The translations under genes were made by a program, and so were the position numbers. This document shows positions 39,540 to 52,099 of a DNA stretch of 64,000 bases, one piece after another. Each line of letters begins with the position of its first letter. Within the stretch, counting starts at the first letter, position 1. Location of the stretch: the NCBI RefSeq assembly GCF_030028105.1, contig NC_092379.1, positions 27,087,821 through 27,151,820 on the forward strand. The letters run 5' to 3'. The notes under the pieces were generated by a model that was not told the DNA's origin, searched no databases, and saw only the letters and a program-made list of their open reading frames with translations. The DNA is from Mobula birostris. Lineage: Eukaryota.

Positions 39540-39780
39540 AAATGCACACATATTGATCATAGGTTTGAGGTAAGATGAGGACTCATTAACCGTGACGTAA
39601 GTGCTATGTTTTCCAAATGGAGAGTTGTGATTGTGTGGAACGGTCTGCTAGAATACTTGTTGAAGGCGTGAACAGTTGCACCACTTAAAATACATTTTGT
39701 GTAAACATATTAAACCCCGCGATTGCAACCGATGTTGTGGCGAACTAGCCGAAGGTTCAAGTAGATGAACAGTGATTACA
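39540..39780 (+). mobile_element. Old CR1 3' fragment
   Basis: aggtttgaggtaag..gagagttgtgattgtgtggaac..ctgctagaa block typical of CR1 3' ends in this window. Confidence 0.6.
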
Positions 39781-40489
39781 ATATGCCCTGTAGGCGCGAT
39801 TTAGAAAAACGCACTCTTCTGTAAGTTTACAATCTCGCGGCTATTTCTATCTTTTTTGGAAAAAAACACAATGAACTTTTAATTATACATGTGCAGAAAA
39901 CTCGCGTAATCACCCGTAAGTCAGAGAGGTGTGCTATGAAATATAAAAAAAAAACAAAAAAAATTGTTCAGCACATATTAACTAAATTTTAAAATATCAT
40001 TCCTGCATTTTGATTATTTTAAAACCTGGCATAAATGTAATAAACTGCAGAGACTCCAACTTGCACCAAGTCTCCATTGCATAAATCAGGAAGACGAGTT
40101 GCATTTCCACGATGTGAGAAAAGGTCGCCTTTGGTTGTCCCATGGCTGGGTTCATGGAAACAATAGCTCAGTCAAAGGGAATAGTGAGATGCTGAGATGA
40201 GCTGAAGATAGTGGGCGGAATAATGAGGGCTGAAGAACTACAGACAGTTTCAGCTGCGTTGGAAAGCGAAAGGCTGGAGTTGGAAGGCCAGGACAGATGG
40301 AAGATCGATTACTGATGAAGGAGAGACAGATCGGGTAATGGTCAAATAGAGTGAAGTCTGAAATTGTCCATAGGTGTTGTACAGTGATAAGCAGGAATCG
40401 CATTCACCAGTGAGAAGCACCTTGGCGATTATGGGGATGATAGAAGCGACTGAAACTATTGATCTTATAGACATTCATAAAGAAAATGC

Positions 40490-41975
40490 GCTGGACAGTT
40501 TGAAAGTTATTTAGTTAGATAAGTGGCCAGTATCGCACGAGATACAGCCCAGCATACTGTGGGAAGCGACTGAGCAGATTGCTGAAGCTGACTATAATCA
40601 TATCATCAATAGCGACGAGAGAAGTACCAGAGAAGTGGACATTTGCAAATGTCTTTCCCTTGTTCCAGAATATCAGTAAACATCAGGAAAGTACTGACCA
40701 TTGAATCATATTTCAGCGGTGGGCACGCTGATGGAGAACATCCTGAGGTGCAGGATTTATGAGCATTTGGAGGTGAATAACCTGATAAGGGATATTCACC
40801 ATGACTTTGTCAAGGGCTTGTGGTATCTTGCGAGCCTGATTAAATTATTTGAGGGTGTTACAAAACAGAATGATGAAGTAGGGGAGTAGACGTAGTGTAT
40901 ATTGATATCAGGAAGGCATCTGGTTGGGTTTACAAAGTAAGGCTTTTTTCAGAAAATATTAAGGCATGATATACATGGAGACCTTGCTTTGTGGATCCAG
41001 AATTGTCTTGTCTACTGAATGCAAAGTGTGGTTGTGAATATTTCGTGTTCTACTTGGAGGACGGTGACCATTAGTGTTCGGTAATGGATCTGTTCTGACA
41101 CCCTTCCTCGTTGTGATTTTTATGGATGACCCGAATGAGGAAGGAGAAAGGTGGATTAGTAAGTGTGGTGATGACACAAAAACTGAGGTTCTTGATCACA
41201 GTCTGGAGACGTGTTAGAGATTACAATTGAATATCAATTGGGTGCAGAACTGGGCTGAGAGGCGGCAGATGGATGTCAACCTCGATATGCGTGAAGTGGT
41301 TCAATTGTGAAGTTCAAACTTGAGCACAAAAAATACTAATTCGAAGTCTCTGGACAGTGTTGAGGATCAGCAGGATATTGGTGTCCGTGTCCATGGGACA
41401 CTCGAAGCAGCTGCGGAGATTACGAGGGTTATTATGTAGGCGTCCGGTGTGATGGCTTTCATCAATTGTGAGATTGAATTCGGGAGTCATGACGTAAATT
41501 TAAAGCTATATAAGACCTTAGTTAAACTCCAATTGGAATACTGTGTTCAGTTCTGGACAATTCACTATAGGAAGTTTATATATACTACGGACAGAGTGCT
41601 GAGGAAATTTACAAGAACATTGCCAGGATTGGAGAAAATGACTTCTGAGAAAAGGAGGATACTCAGAGGGTTTTACCCAGGGATGAAAGAGCTAACACGA
41701 AGAGATTTTTGTTTTAGGTTTCTTGGCAGTAGGTGCACGGGAGATTTCGAGGGAAGCTTTTCTCATAGAGATTGGTAGGAGAGTGGAATGCAAATGCCAG
41801 CCACGGTGGTAGTAGCATACACAATACACTATTTTTTAAGAGAGCATTAGAAAGATACATCGAGTTAAATAAATGAATAAATAAATAAATAAGAGAGCTA
41901 TGTGGTAGGTAAATGCTAAGGACTTTCCAGAATACATTATATGGAAAGCACAATATTGCGGGCCGAAAGGCCCAT
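40490..41975 (+). mobile_element. Degenerate CR1 ORF2 + 3' end
   Basis: HHDFVKGLWYLASLIKLF, LYKTLVKLQLEYCVQFW, gcgggccgaaaggccc 3' hairpin remnant. Confidence 0.85.
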
Positions 41976-41994
41976 GACGTGCTTTTGATTTATA

Positions 41995-43425
41995 TGAACC
42001 AACACACATAAATGTTGCTAGTGAACGCAGCAGGACAGACAGTATCTGCAGGAAGATGTAGAGTTACTTTCGGGCCGAGACATTTCGTCACGGCTAACTT
42101 GAATAAGAAAAGAGATTTGAAAGTGGGAGAGGGAGGGGAGATCTGATTGATTGGAGAAGTCAGGAGGGAGAGGGGTGGAACAGGGAGCTGGAAAGTTGGT
42201 TGAAAAAAGGGATATGACAGTATCATCGGACGGGAGGCCGAGGGAGAACGAAAAGGGGGACAGGGGAAGTCCAGAGGATGGGCAAGAGGCATACTGAGAG
42301 GGACAGGTGGAGAAAAAGGAGAAAGAGAGAAAGAGAGAGCGCTAGAGCGAGAAAAGAATAATAAATAAATAAATACATACATAAATAAATGCAAAAATAA
42401 ACAGACGAACAACACACAAACAAACAGACAAATACATACATAAATAAAAAAATAAATAAATAAATAAATAAATAAATACATGAATGAATGAATAAACCTC
42501 CTTTCTCTGGCGGACAGAGCATAGGTGTTGAGCGAAGCTGTCCCCCAGCCTGCGTTGTGTCTCGCCAATGTATAAAAGACCGCATCGGGAGCAGCGAACG
42601 CAGTATATCACACCAGCCGACTAACAGGTGAAGTGTCACCTCACCTGGAAGGATTATCTGGGGCCCTGAATGCTGGTGAGGGAGGAAGTATAAGGGCATG
42701 TGTCGCACTTGTTCCGCTTACAAGGATAAGTGCCAGGAGGGAGACCGGTGGGGATGGATGGTGGGGCGGGGGGACGAATGGACAAGGGAATTGCGCAGGG
42801 AGCGATCCTTACGGAAAGCAGAGCGAGGGGGAGGGAAAGATGTGGTTAGTTGTCAAGTTCCATTGGAGGTGGCGGAAGTTACCGAGAATTATATGTTAAA
42901 CCCGGAGGATGGTAAGGTGTTAGGTGAGGACAAGCAGAACCATATTCCTAGTGGAGTGGTGGGAATGGGGTGAGAGAAGATGTGCGTGAAATGGGAGAGA
43001 TGCGTTTGAGAGAAGAACTGATTGTGCAGGAAGGGAAACCCCTGTTTTTTTTTTTTTTGTTTGTTTGTTTGTTTGTTTCTTTTTAAGGAGGACATCTCTT
43101 CCGTCCTGGAATGAAAAGCCTTATTCTGAGAGCAGATGCAGCGGAGACGGAGGAATTGCGAGAAGGGGATGGCATTTTTACAAGAGACAGGGTGAGAAGA
43201 GGAATAGTCCTGATAGTTGTGAGACTCTGTAGGTTTATAGTGGACAGCAGTAAATAAGCTGTCTCCAGAGACAGAGACAGAGAGATCCAGAAGGGGGAGG
43301 TAGGAGTCGGAAATCCACTAGGTAAACTTGAGGGCAGGGTGAAAGTAGAAGGCAAAGTTAATAAAGTCAACGAGCTCAGCATGCGTGCAGGAAGCAGCGC
43401 TAATGCAGTCTTTCCATATAGCTGT
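41995..43425 (-). mobile_element. Penelope-like element: RT thumb, Cys linker and GIY-YIG endonuclease fragment
   Basis: Minus strand: decayed YIDD, FHPALKFT, SSSHPVSCKNAIPFSQFLRL, YPCKRNKCDTCPY, IYCVRCSRCGLLYIGETQRRLGDSFAQHL. Confidence 0.92.
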
Positions 43426-43599
43426 GAGTGTCCGTATGTCCTATTTTCTAATACTGCAGGAAATTCAAAGTGCAGAGAGAGTAATTCAGATTAAAGTTGT
43501 TGTTTATATGTAATTTTTGGGACAGATGGCTGAGCACCATTGGAGAAACATATATTGGATATAAGCAGTAAAAATATTACATCTCGGTTGAGTTATATT

Positions 43600-44190
43600 T
43601 ACATAAGTCCATAAGACATAGGGGCAGAATTAGGTGACTTCGCGTTTCGGAACTGATCAGTCATACCACAATGGCTCAGTTATAATTCTCTCAGCTCGTT
43701 CTGCTGCCTACTCCAGGTAAAGATTGTGGGTCTTACTAATTAATAAACTATCAACCTTTGCTGAAATAATGTATGCACAACGACTTGGCCTCAGAGCCGC
43801 ACATGGCAACGAATTCCACAGGTTGATCACCATGCAGCTAAAGAAGTACCATCTAATATCTCTTCTAAATTGACGTCCTTCTATTCTGAGACTGTGCCCA
43901 CGATATTGAAACATCCCTCTACACCTACTCTCTCTGTGCTATTGAATTAGATATATTTCCACGGTACCCCGCCTACTTCTGCTACTCCAGCGATTCAGAT
44001 CTAGATCCCTCTAAAGCTGCTCGTAAAGTAAATGACACATTGCAGGAATCACACTCCTGTACATTTTCTCGAACTTCTCCAATTCCAGCTCATTCATGAT
44101 TTGATAAAAGATCTAAAGCTGTAGGTACAGTCTGACTGAAGCCTTATAAAATATCGTCCTTCCAAAATGAATGCTAATATAGCATAATAT
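43600..44190 (-). mobile_element. CR1 3' fragment just upstream of the V gene
   Basis: RGHSLRIEGRQFRRDIRWYFFSCMVINLWNSLP; tail cataagtccataagacatag. Confidence 0.8.
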
Positions 44191-44410
44191 ATATAAGACT
44201 GTGACGCTCTTTCCTTGAGGTACATGGACCTTGTAACCTCTGAGGAAATAGGCGGAGCATGTATCAACAAGCCACGTTCCCATTGAGTGCTTTCTATTTC
44301 CTGTCCATTATTTCAAATGCACCACTAAACAGAGAACCAGAACCTTCTGAAGCTTGTCGACAACTTGTTGAGGAGAAGTTACTCAACCTATCCTTTATTA
44401 AAAACAAAGG

Positions 44411-44456
44411 ATGTGGAGGACCGTCTTCTGGATTCTGTGTGGAGCCTGGTTAAGTG
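44411..44456 (+). CDS. Leader exon (L-PART1) of TCR V segment: MWRTVFWILCGAWLS + G
   Basis: 46-nt hydrophobic exon ending in phase 1 at GTTTGT (44457); joins in frame to the acceptor at 44558. The donor choice is inferred from frame. Confidence 0.7.
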
Positions 44457-44558
44457 GTTTGTGAGCAGCAGCAAATTTATGAGCTTTCTGGTAAGTCTGA
44501 TTTAAAAAAGAAAAAAAAGGTCAACATAACATTTCATTTTTTGCCATTATTTTTTCAG

Positions 44559-44865
44559 ATACGGGTCATGGAAACTCTGTCACTCAGACAGTGCCACTAG
44601 CAGTGAAGACAAGCGAAGGGGCTGTGACGTTGAGCTGCACCTATGATACTACAGTGATAAACTATTTTCTATATTGGTACCGGCAAAGACCAGAGCAAAG
44701 TCTCGAGTACATACTGTACAAGCATTCTGGTGGATCTGAAGATAAAGCCGATCTTGCCAAAAAACGCTTCATGGTCTATCTGGAAGAGGCAAAAAAAATC
44801 ATTCACGTCACCATCTCAGATCTGCAAATAAGCGACTCTGCAGTTTATTACTGCGCCCTAAGCCG
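44559..44865 (+). CDS. T-cell receptor alpha/delta-type variable gene segment, V exon, open frame
   Basis: tttttcag acceptor; (D)TGHG-NSVTQ..VTLSC TYDTTVINYFLY WYRQRP..YILY..KRF..TISDLQISDSAVYYCALS; Cys 44636, Trp 44675, Cys 44852; no stops; RSS follows directly. Confidence 0.95.
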
Positions 44866-44904
44866 CACAGTGATGTATTTTAGTTAAACGCTAGTACAAA
44901 AATC
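44866..44904 (+). promoter_or_regulatory. Recombination signal sequence, 23-bp spacer
   Basis: Heptamer CACAGTG 44866-44872, spacer 44873-44895 (23 nt), nonamer ACAAAAATC 44896-44904 (8/9 to ACAAAAACC). Confidence 0.97.
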
Positions 44905-45057
44905 CACTTACTTTAGAACCCATGCTTTGGGCGCTGCAGCTGGATATATTTGTACCCTTCTTTTCTGATTGTGGTTTCCCGCCACCAGGAGCACCTGTTC
45001 ACGTGCCCCATGCATTTGTCTGAGAAGATTGATCTATGGTATAACCACACCACACTT

Positions 45058-45060
<3 letters not shown>

Positions 45061-45107
<47 letters not shown>

Positions 45108-45128
45108 TGTGTGTCTGTGTGTGTGTGC
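45061..45128. repeat. (GT)n microsatellite
   Basis: Direct reading. Confidence 0.95.
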
Positions 45129-45436
45129 AGTATGAGAGAGGAATACTGTGTACATGCGTATACTTGTTTGGGAATGTATGGAAATAGAGAGAAGTCTGAT
45201 GGACGTCTTCATTCCGCTGAACTTTTGGTGCACAAATGAGTGACAGTCTGGGTCTGTTGATCTCCCTCCCTCTTCCATTGTGTCTGTTGATCTATCTGTC
45301 TCTCACTCTCTTTTTCTATCTCTCTCTCTCCCCCACCCCCGACATTCTAACTTTCTCCTCTCCCTCTACCAACCAATTAATCTTTATCCCGCTTCAGCAG
45401 CTTCACTATTTTCAGCCGCCAATCTCACGTAACTTT

Positions 45437-45624
45437 NNNNNNNNNNNNNNNNNNNNNNNNNNNNNNNNNNNNNNNNNNNNNNNNNNNNNNNNNNNNNNNN
45501 NNNNNNNNNNNNNNNNNNNNNNNNNNNNNNNNNNNNNNNNNNNNNNNNNNNNNNNNNNNNNNNNNNNNNNNNNNNNNNNNNNNNNNNNNNNNNNNNNNNN
45601 NNNNNNNNNNNNNNNNNNNNNNNN
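45437..45624. other. Assembly gap (N run)
   Basis: 188 N. Confidence 1.
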
Positions 45625-45959
45625 ACTTCAGTTGTGGACATAGTTAACGAACTTTGTACATTGGTAAAGCCAACAATTTTAAGACGAGTTGCAAAGCGTG
45701 GTGGCAATTGAGATTTTTCCAGCTCCATTCTCGTTGGTTTGATTTAAAATGCATGTAATTTTATATTTTGTCTATTTGTATTTTTTTCCTGATGTTAGCG
45801 GTACATTTGCGGGTACTATGCTCACCTTACAAACAATCCGGTGTCCATACTGGCTGACGATGAAAATAATTTCAAGGATTGAATCAGAATAACTAACGTC
45901 AGAAAAAAAAAATAACCGCAGGTGCTATTTCCTTGTCTTTCCTCAGCCATGGAACATCC

Positions 45960-47035
45960 AAATGAATTCAACATAATCATTCTCGAAACCGTAATCCATT
46001 AGCTAGAACTGAGGCCTAATTGTACAATTGGATTGTCCATTTCCTTAGAAAAAGAAACAATAAGTTCCGATCAGCCACAGTGTCACCAAAGTGCCACCTG
46101 TTCATCCCCTGCTGTTCTTATTTTATATTTATGACTGTGAAGGTAACCACGACAACAATATCATATTCAAGTTTGCCTGACGACAGCACAGTTGTTTGTC
46201 GAAGCAAAGGTGGTTATGAAGGAGTAAATAGGAGAAAGATTGAAATACTTGGTGGATGCTGCTTCAAACGCAACCTCTCTCTCAACGTCAGGAACAAGAT
46301 AGATCTGATTATTGACTGCAGAGATTTTTTTTTCGCAACAAGAAGATGACACGTGATGTCCATGATACACTCTTCGTTGGCGTGCAAAAGGTGGGGACGG
46401 GCAACAACGGTAAATTCTTCTGCTTTACCTTGCACAGATCCATGCTGCAGATTTTACTAACGTTTGTATCTTGGCCTACTATGGATTGACTAATGTCCGT
46501 GAATGGAATTATCTTCAGAATTTGTGGACAAGCCCGGTGCACCACATTTGAAAGTCCTTTCCATCGTTGTGCACATGCGCAAGCAGCCCTGTCACTGCAT
46601 AGAAACATGCGTCATCAAGAATCCCCACCATCTAAACCATGTCTTCTCCTTACTTCTGCTGTTAGTAACGATGTGTAGAAGGATGTTAGTTCCCATTCTA
46701 CCAGTTTCGAGAATAGTTATTACCCAGCAACCAGCAGGCTACTGTATCAGACTTCGATCACTTAACAAAGATTTCACCAATGCCATCTCCTCGATTTGAA
46801 GATCTCTAAAAACTCTATAGTCACAATATAACTTATTAGGTGTTTCTCAATTAATATTCTGTGTTACGTTATACATTTACACAATTTGTTGTCCTTGTTC
46901 ATTGCTTATATACGTCTTTGCTTTGAAGTAATTTTTCAATGCCTCCATTGTGATACTTTGTAGTTATTGGAAAAGCTCGCAAGATAGCAAATTTCAAGGT
47001 AATATATGGCGAAAATGTGCACCTTGATAAAGATT
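45960..47035 (+). mobile_element. Degenerate Rex1/Babar-type LINE fragment
   Basis: YNWIVHFL, LPDDSTVV, NLSLNVRNKIDLIID motifs and HPSH-like 3' region. Confidence 0.7.
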
Positions 47036-47764
47036 TTCGTAGAACGTTCAACTTTAAGTCAGAACCTATTCTCTGTTGCTGTGGCTTAAAAAAAATCGGC
47101 TCCTAGTCCGTCTGACAGAATACAATAAAGATTCTCCAATGATCCTAATTTAATCCGTGCATTTTTTTTTTTTTGGTGTTCTGTTGATCGAACTACATCG
47201 ATCAAGGTATCAATTTATGACATTCCTCAGCACTTGGCAGGCAGTAATTTATATCACTTTGAACGCCGTGCAATCGTTAATCTTTTTTTCTGTTCTACTA
47301 CCGTTGGATTATGGCCCCGTGAAATATAAACCAGGTACAATAGAAAGGTAACGTTGAACTGAGTTCTCCGTATTGGGATAACACACAATAAAAAAAAAAT
47401 AAAAATCAAAGGTTTAAAACATTTGAAGGGTAAATTTAATGTCAGAAGAATGCATAAAATATATATCCTGAGAGTATTTTTCTTCGCAGTTATCCACAAA
47501 ACCTTAGGAGTGCGCCATAGAGGAATGACAGTTACATGTCAGAATCCTAAAGACCTCACACCAGCTCCTCACTTCCGCGGGACAGGACGGACAATATAAT
47601 CGTTGAGACTCATAATTATCAGATCCGAAATGTGCCAGCAAAGATAACTCTATCATTATACAAAGTTGATACATAATACATTGAAAATGCTGACAGAATG
47701 TTGCAAACGAAATAGAAGTATAGAAACAAACAGACAAAAAAAAAAACAACAACAAACAGAAACC

Positions 47765-49925
47765 GTCGGCTCAAAAACTTGTGCCGGACATGTCCTTGCC
47801 TCAGAACCACCTAGGCTTACCCATAGGCCTCTATTTTCCAAAAGTCCATGTATCCATCTGGGGGTCTCCGAAAAGAGCCTATCGTTTCTGTTTCCATCAC
47901 CGCCGCCGGCAGCCCATGCCACGCATTACCACTCACTGCGTAAAAAAAAAAAAAAAAATCCCAGACATTTCCGCTGCACCTTAAAACTACGCCCTGTCTT
48001 TCCCGCCACTTCAACCCTGGGAAAAGCATCTGACTCTCTAGACGATCAATGCCTAGCATCATCTTGTACACTTCTATCAAGTCACCGCTCATTCTCCGTC
48101 GCTCCTAGGAGAAAATGTTATTCGACCTATTCTCGTAAGGCATGCTTCCCAATTCAGGCAACATCTTTGTAAATATCCTCTGCACCTTTTCTATAGTTTC
48201 CACGTGCTTCCTGTAGAGAGCCGAAAAGAACTGAGCATAGAACACCAAATGAGGTATGACCGGAACCAAATATAGCTGGAAAATTACCTCTCAGCTCCTC
48301 AACACAATCCCATGAATGATGTTGGTCAATGCTCCCTATGTATTTTTAACCGCAGAGTCAACCTGCGTTGCAGCATTGAGTGTCCCATGGACTCGAACCC
48401 CAGGATGCCGCTGGTCCTTCATGCTGCCAAGAGTCTCGCCATGCCGTTATATTCTGACATCATAGGTGACCTACCGAACTGAACCCCCTCACTGACCTGG
48501 GTAGAAATCCATCTGCCACCTCGCAGCCCACTTTTGCATTCCTATCAATGTCGCGCTGTAACTGCTTACAGCCAACACTATCCACAAGTCTCCAACCTTT
48601 GAGTCATGAGAAAATATACTAACCTATCCCTCCACTGTCTTATCCAGGTTATTTATAAAAAAAAAATGTTACATATTGATGAGGGTAGAACCGTGGATGT
48701 AGTGTATAGGGATTTTAGCGATGACTTGGGGTCCCAGAACGGATCCCTGAGGCACAACAGTGGTCACCAGCCTCCATGCGGAATGTGACCAGTCAACAAA
48801 CTCTTTTTGCTTTATGTGGGCAAGGCAGTTCTGAATCCACAAAGCAAAGCCCCTCTTCGATCCCATGCAACCGTAAGCCTTGCATGGGGTATCTTATCAA
48901 AGTCATCGCTAAAATCCATATACACTACTTCTACGGTTCTGCCCTCATCAATATGTAACATTACATCCTCACAAAATTCAATCAGGCTCGATAGGCACGA
49001 CCTGACTTTGACAACGCCACGCTAACTATTCCTAATCATATTATACCTCTCTAAATGTTCATAAATCATGTCTGTCAGGATCTTCTGCATCAACCTACGA
49101 ACGACTGAAGTAAGACTCACAGGTCTATAATTTCCTGAGCTATCCCTACTCTCTTTCTTGAATAACGGAATAATATTCGCAACCCTACAATCTTCCGGTG
49201 TCTCGCCCGTCCAGATTAATGATGCAAAGATCATCCCCAGAGGCCCAGCAGTCTCCTTCCTTCCTCGCCTCTCATAGTAGCCTGGGGTAAAATTCCGTCC
49301 AGTAACCGTGAGTTATCCAACTTGATATTTTCCAAAAGCCCCAGCATATCCTCTTCCTTAATGTCTTCATGCTTAAGCTTTACTGTCCACTGCATGTCAT
49401 CCGTGCAATCACCAAGATCTTTTTTCCATAGTGAATACTGAAACAAAGTATTCATTAAATACTTCTGCCATCTCCTCCGGTTGCATACAAATTTTCCACT
49501 ATCACATTTGTTTGATCCTATTCTCAAACATCTTATCCTCTTGCCTTTCACAGACTTGTAGATGGCCTTGGGGTTTCCCTGAATCTTGTCCGTCAAAGCC
49601 TTCTCATGGCCCCTTCTGGCTTTCCGAACTGCATTCTAAAGCTCCTTCCTGCTAGCCTTATAATCTTCTCGATCTCTAATATAACCTAGGTTTTTGAACC
49701 TTCTATATTCTTCTTGACGAGATTAACAACAACGTTTGTGCACCATGGTTCCTGTACCTTAGCATCCTTTCCCTGTCTCATTCGAATGTGTCAACGCAGA
49801 GCCACACCAAAATAACCGTTGAACATTTGCCACATTTCTTCCGTACGTTTTCGCGAGAACATTTGTTTCCAATGTATGCTTCCAAGTTCCTGTCTGATAG
49901 GCTCATACTTGCCCATATTCCATTT
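47765..49925 (-). mobile_element. Degenerate CR1 ORF2 + 3' end
   Basis: [53 protein letters not shown]. Confidence 0.88.
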
Positions 49926-50816
49926 AAACTGGTCCATAATCCAGTCGTATTAGTTTAGTTTATCTCAGTGCCATGTCGATTGCCCACTGCAGGCATTTCT
50001 CGCTGAAACACCAGAGTCAACAGCGATCGTACCGATCACATCGCGTAAAAACAGCAAAAAACAAAACAAAAAAAAAAAAAGAACAACCACAATCAACAAA
50101 TACATGCAGCATTAATCGACGTCGCCTAAAACGATTCCTCCGATTACGGTTCACTCCAAGCCTAATTCATTTTCCTCCAACAGCAGGCACCTAGAGAGAC
50201 AGTAAGACCAGCATAACGCCGAAAGTCGGCGGCGAATACCCGCCCCTACTCTGTTGCTGTCCTCGCCGAACTCAATCATGCTCTACGCCTCGGTCGGAGA
50301 GGAGTTCCGGGCATGAGGCTGTACACCTTACATCAAAGTTTACCATATGCCCTCGTAGTTAATAAGGTGCCCTATTGCCCAATCACCACAAAAAAAACAA
50401 GCATACACACACCTCAAAAAGTAACTCGCAGATTCCATTTGCATGTTTTCTAATAGTATAATCATTTGTAAATTAATAAATAAAAAAAGCAAAAGAAGTA
50501 ATTTCGTGATTTGACTTTAGGACGATGCCACTGGTCGCGTTGTTCACTGGCACCATCAAGACTCCGGCAGTTTTTCTAATTATAATCAACAAGCCGCGGA
50601 TAGATTCCCTGAAGAAACATGGGGATACAAGTCTCAACCAGAGCCGTGCTTTTCTGCACTATGATATTACAATTAATCGGGAAGCAAGTTGTGAACCCAT
50701 TCTGCAGCTGCAGCGAGAGACCTCAAGAGAAAATCGTGCCTGGGCGAGATATTATCAACGTGGTCTCAGACAGCTGCCGATACTGGAACATCACGCTTAT
50801 TTTTTTATCTCTGTAT

Positions 50817-50959
50817 NNNNNNNNNNNNNNNNNNNNNNNNNNNNNNNNNNNNNNNNNNNNNNNNNNNNNNNNNNNNNNNNNNNNNNNNNNNNNNNNNNNN
50901 NNNNNNNNNNNNNNNNNNNNNNNNNNNNNNNNNNNNNNNNNNNNNNNNNNNNNNNNNNN
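50817..50959. other. Assembly gap (N run)
   Basis: 143 N. Confidence 1.
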
Positions 50960-52099
50960 GGGAGCGGCGATTTCATTGAACGCGGTGATTCACTGTAGTC
51001 TATTTACATGTCATTGCGTAGATTGAGGATATATAACAAGCCAATGATCAAACACGAACAATATTTGATTTTATTTTGAATTTCTTTTGTCTTGATCTCC
51101 ACGTGACCTGGCAGAGAAGCGGCGAGAAAACAAGAAGTAAAATTACAAGCCACAGATCTAAAATGTTAGCTGCCGATGCCACAAAGAGAAAATAAGAAAG
51201 TGGCAAGGAGAAGGTGATGGAGGACGAAAGACGGGGTTCATGTGGCAAATGATTCAGATAAGGTTACTAATATTTAAGCTTTCATTAAGTTTATTAATAA
51301 GGATGGTCAGCTGTGGTGAGATCTATGTTAAGATCAGCATATGGCAAGATATCGCAAAGAGAGTTATTGAGACATGCACTTATGACCAAAAGGAAGGTTT
51401 TCAAATTGCTATATTGTGAAGCAAAATTCAATCTGGGACGAATGAAACGCGCTTCAGGCTCCCCAAAATAGAAGTCTGATTTCCATTGCCTGACGTATAT
51501 CGCATCCGAAGTACAAACACGGGAGAGTACATCGATGAGTCCCTGTGAACTTACAAAGCAGACGCTGTGTCCTATATTGATTAAGTTGTTACCATTCCAT
51601 GGAGAATCTACGTTCAGCTGCGGCTACAATGCACTCCAGGAAACTCAAGGGGTGATATATATATATATATATATATTTTTTAACAGAACACCCTGGCGCA
51701 AATAACAAACGAGATATATGTGTTTCCAAGTATTCGTCTGAGCTGACGATGTAGGACCCGATCTGTAACACTAAAGAACAATTTGTCTGCTAATTCTGGC
51801 CTAAGACTGTGGTTTACAGTACATTGGGCATGCTTGAGAACGTCCGATTTATTGTTAAATATATAAATAGCCTGCCCTCAGACCAGTCAATAGAGTTTCT
51901 TGAGAGATTTTCAGCTATTTATAGGAAATAAACCATTCGGTTCCTGTGACAATCGCATTTGTTAAGTTCTTGTGTAATGAACCCCACATTTTTATCAGTA
52001 ATGTAGCAGTTTCGAACAAATACCGAAATGAAAAATTATCGCAAGATTTGCACTGCACCCGCGCAGTCAAATCTTCGAAGAGACTGAAACTACTAGGAA

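Noticed and set aside
44411-44904. The V as a NAR-TCR supporting V-delta or a NAR-type V
   Set aside because: It has its own leader, a full-length CDR2 region, no extra CDR1 Cys, and no upstream D/J cassette is visible.
6328-46082. Other perfect heptamers (CACAGTG at 6328, 12864, 19553, 46076; minus strand at 38769)
   Set aside because: No nonamer at 12 or 23 nt spacing; most lie inside TEs.
29159-50444. Octamer ATTTGCAT motifs (29159, 33408, 34080, 50437) as Ig promoters
   Set aside because: The count is near chance for 64 kb of AT-rich DNA, and none precedes an intact leader.
33729-51068. Shared 16-mer CACGAACAATATTTGA at 33729 and 51053 as evidence of cassette duplication
   Set aside because: About one such match is expected by chance in 64 kb, and the flanking similarity is patchy.
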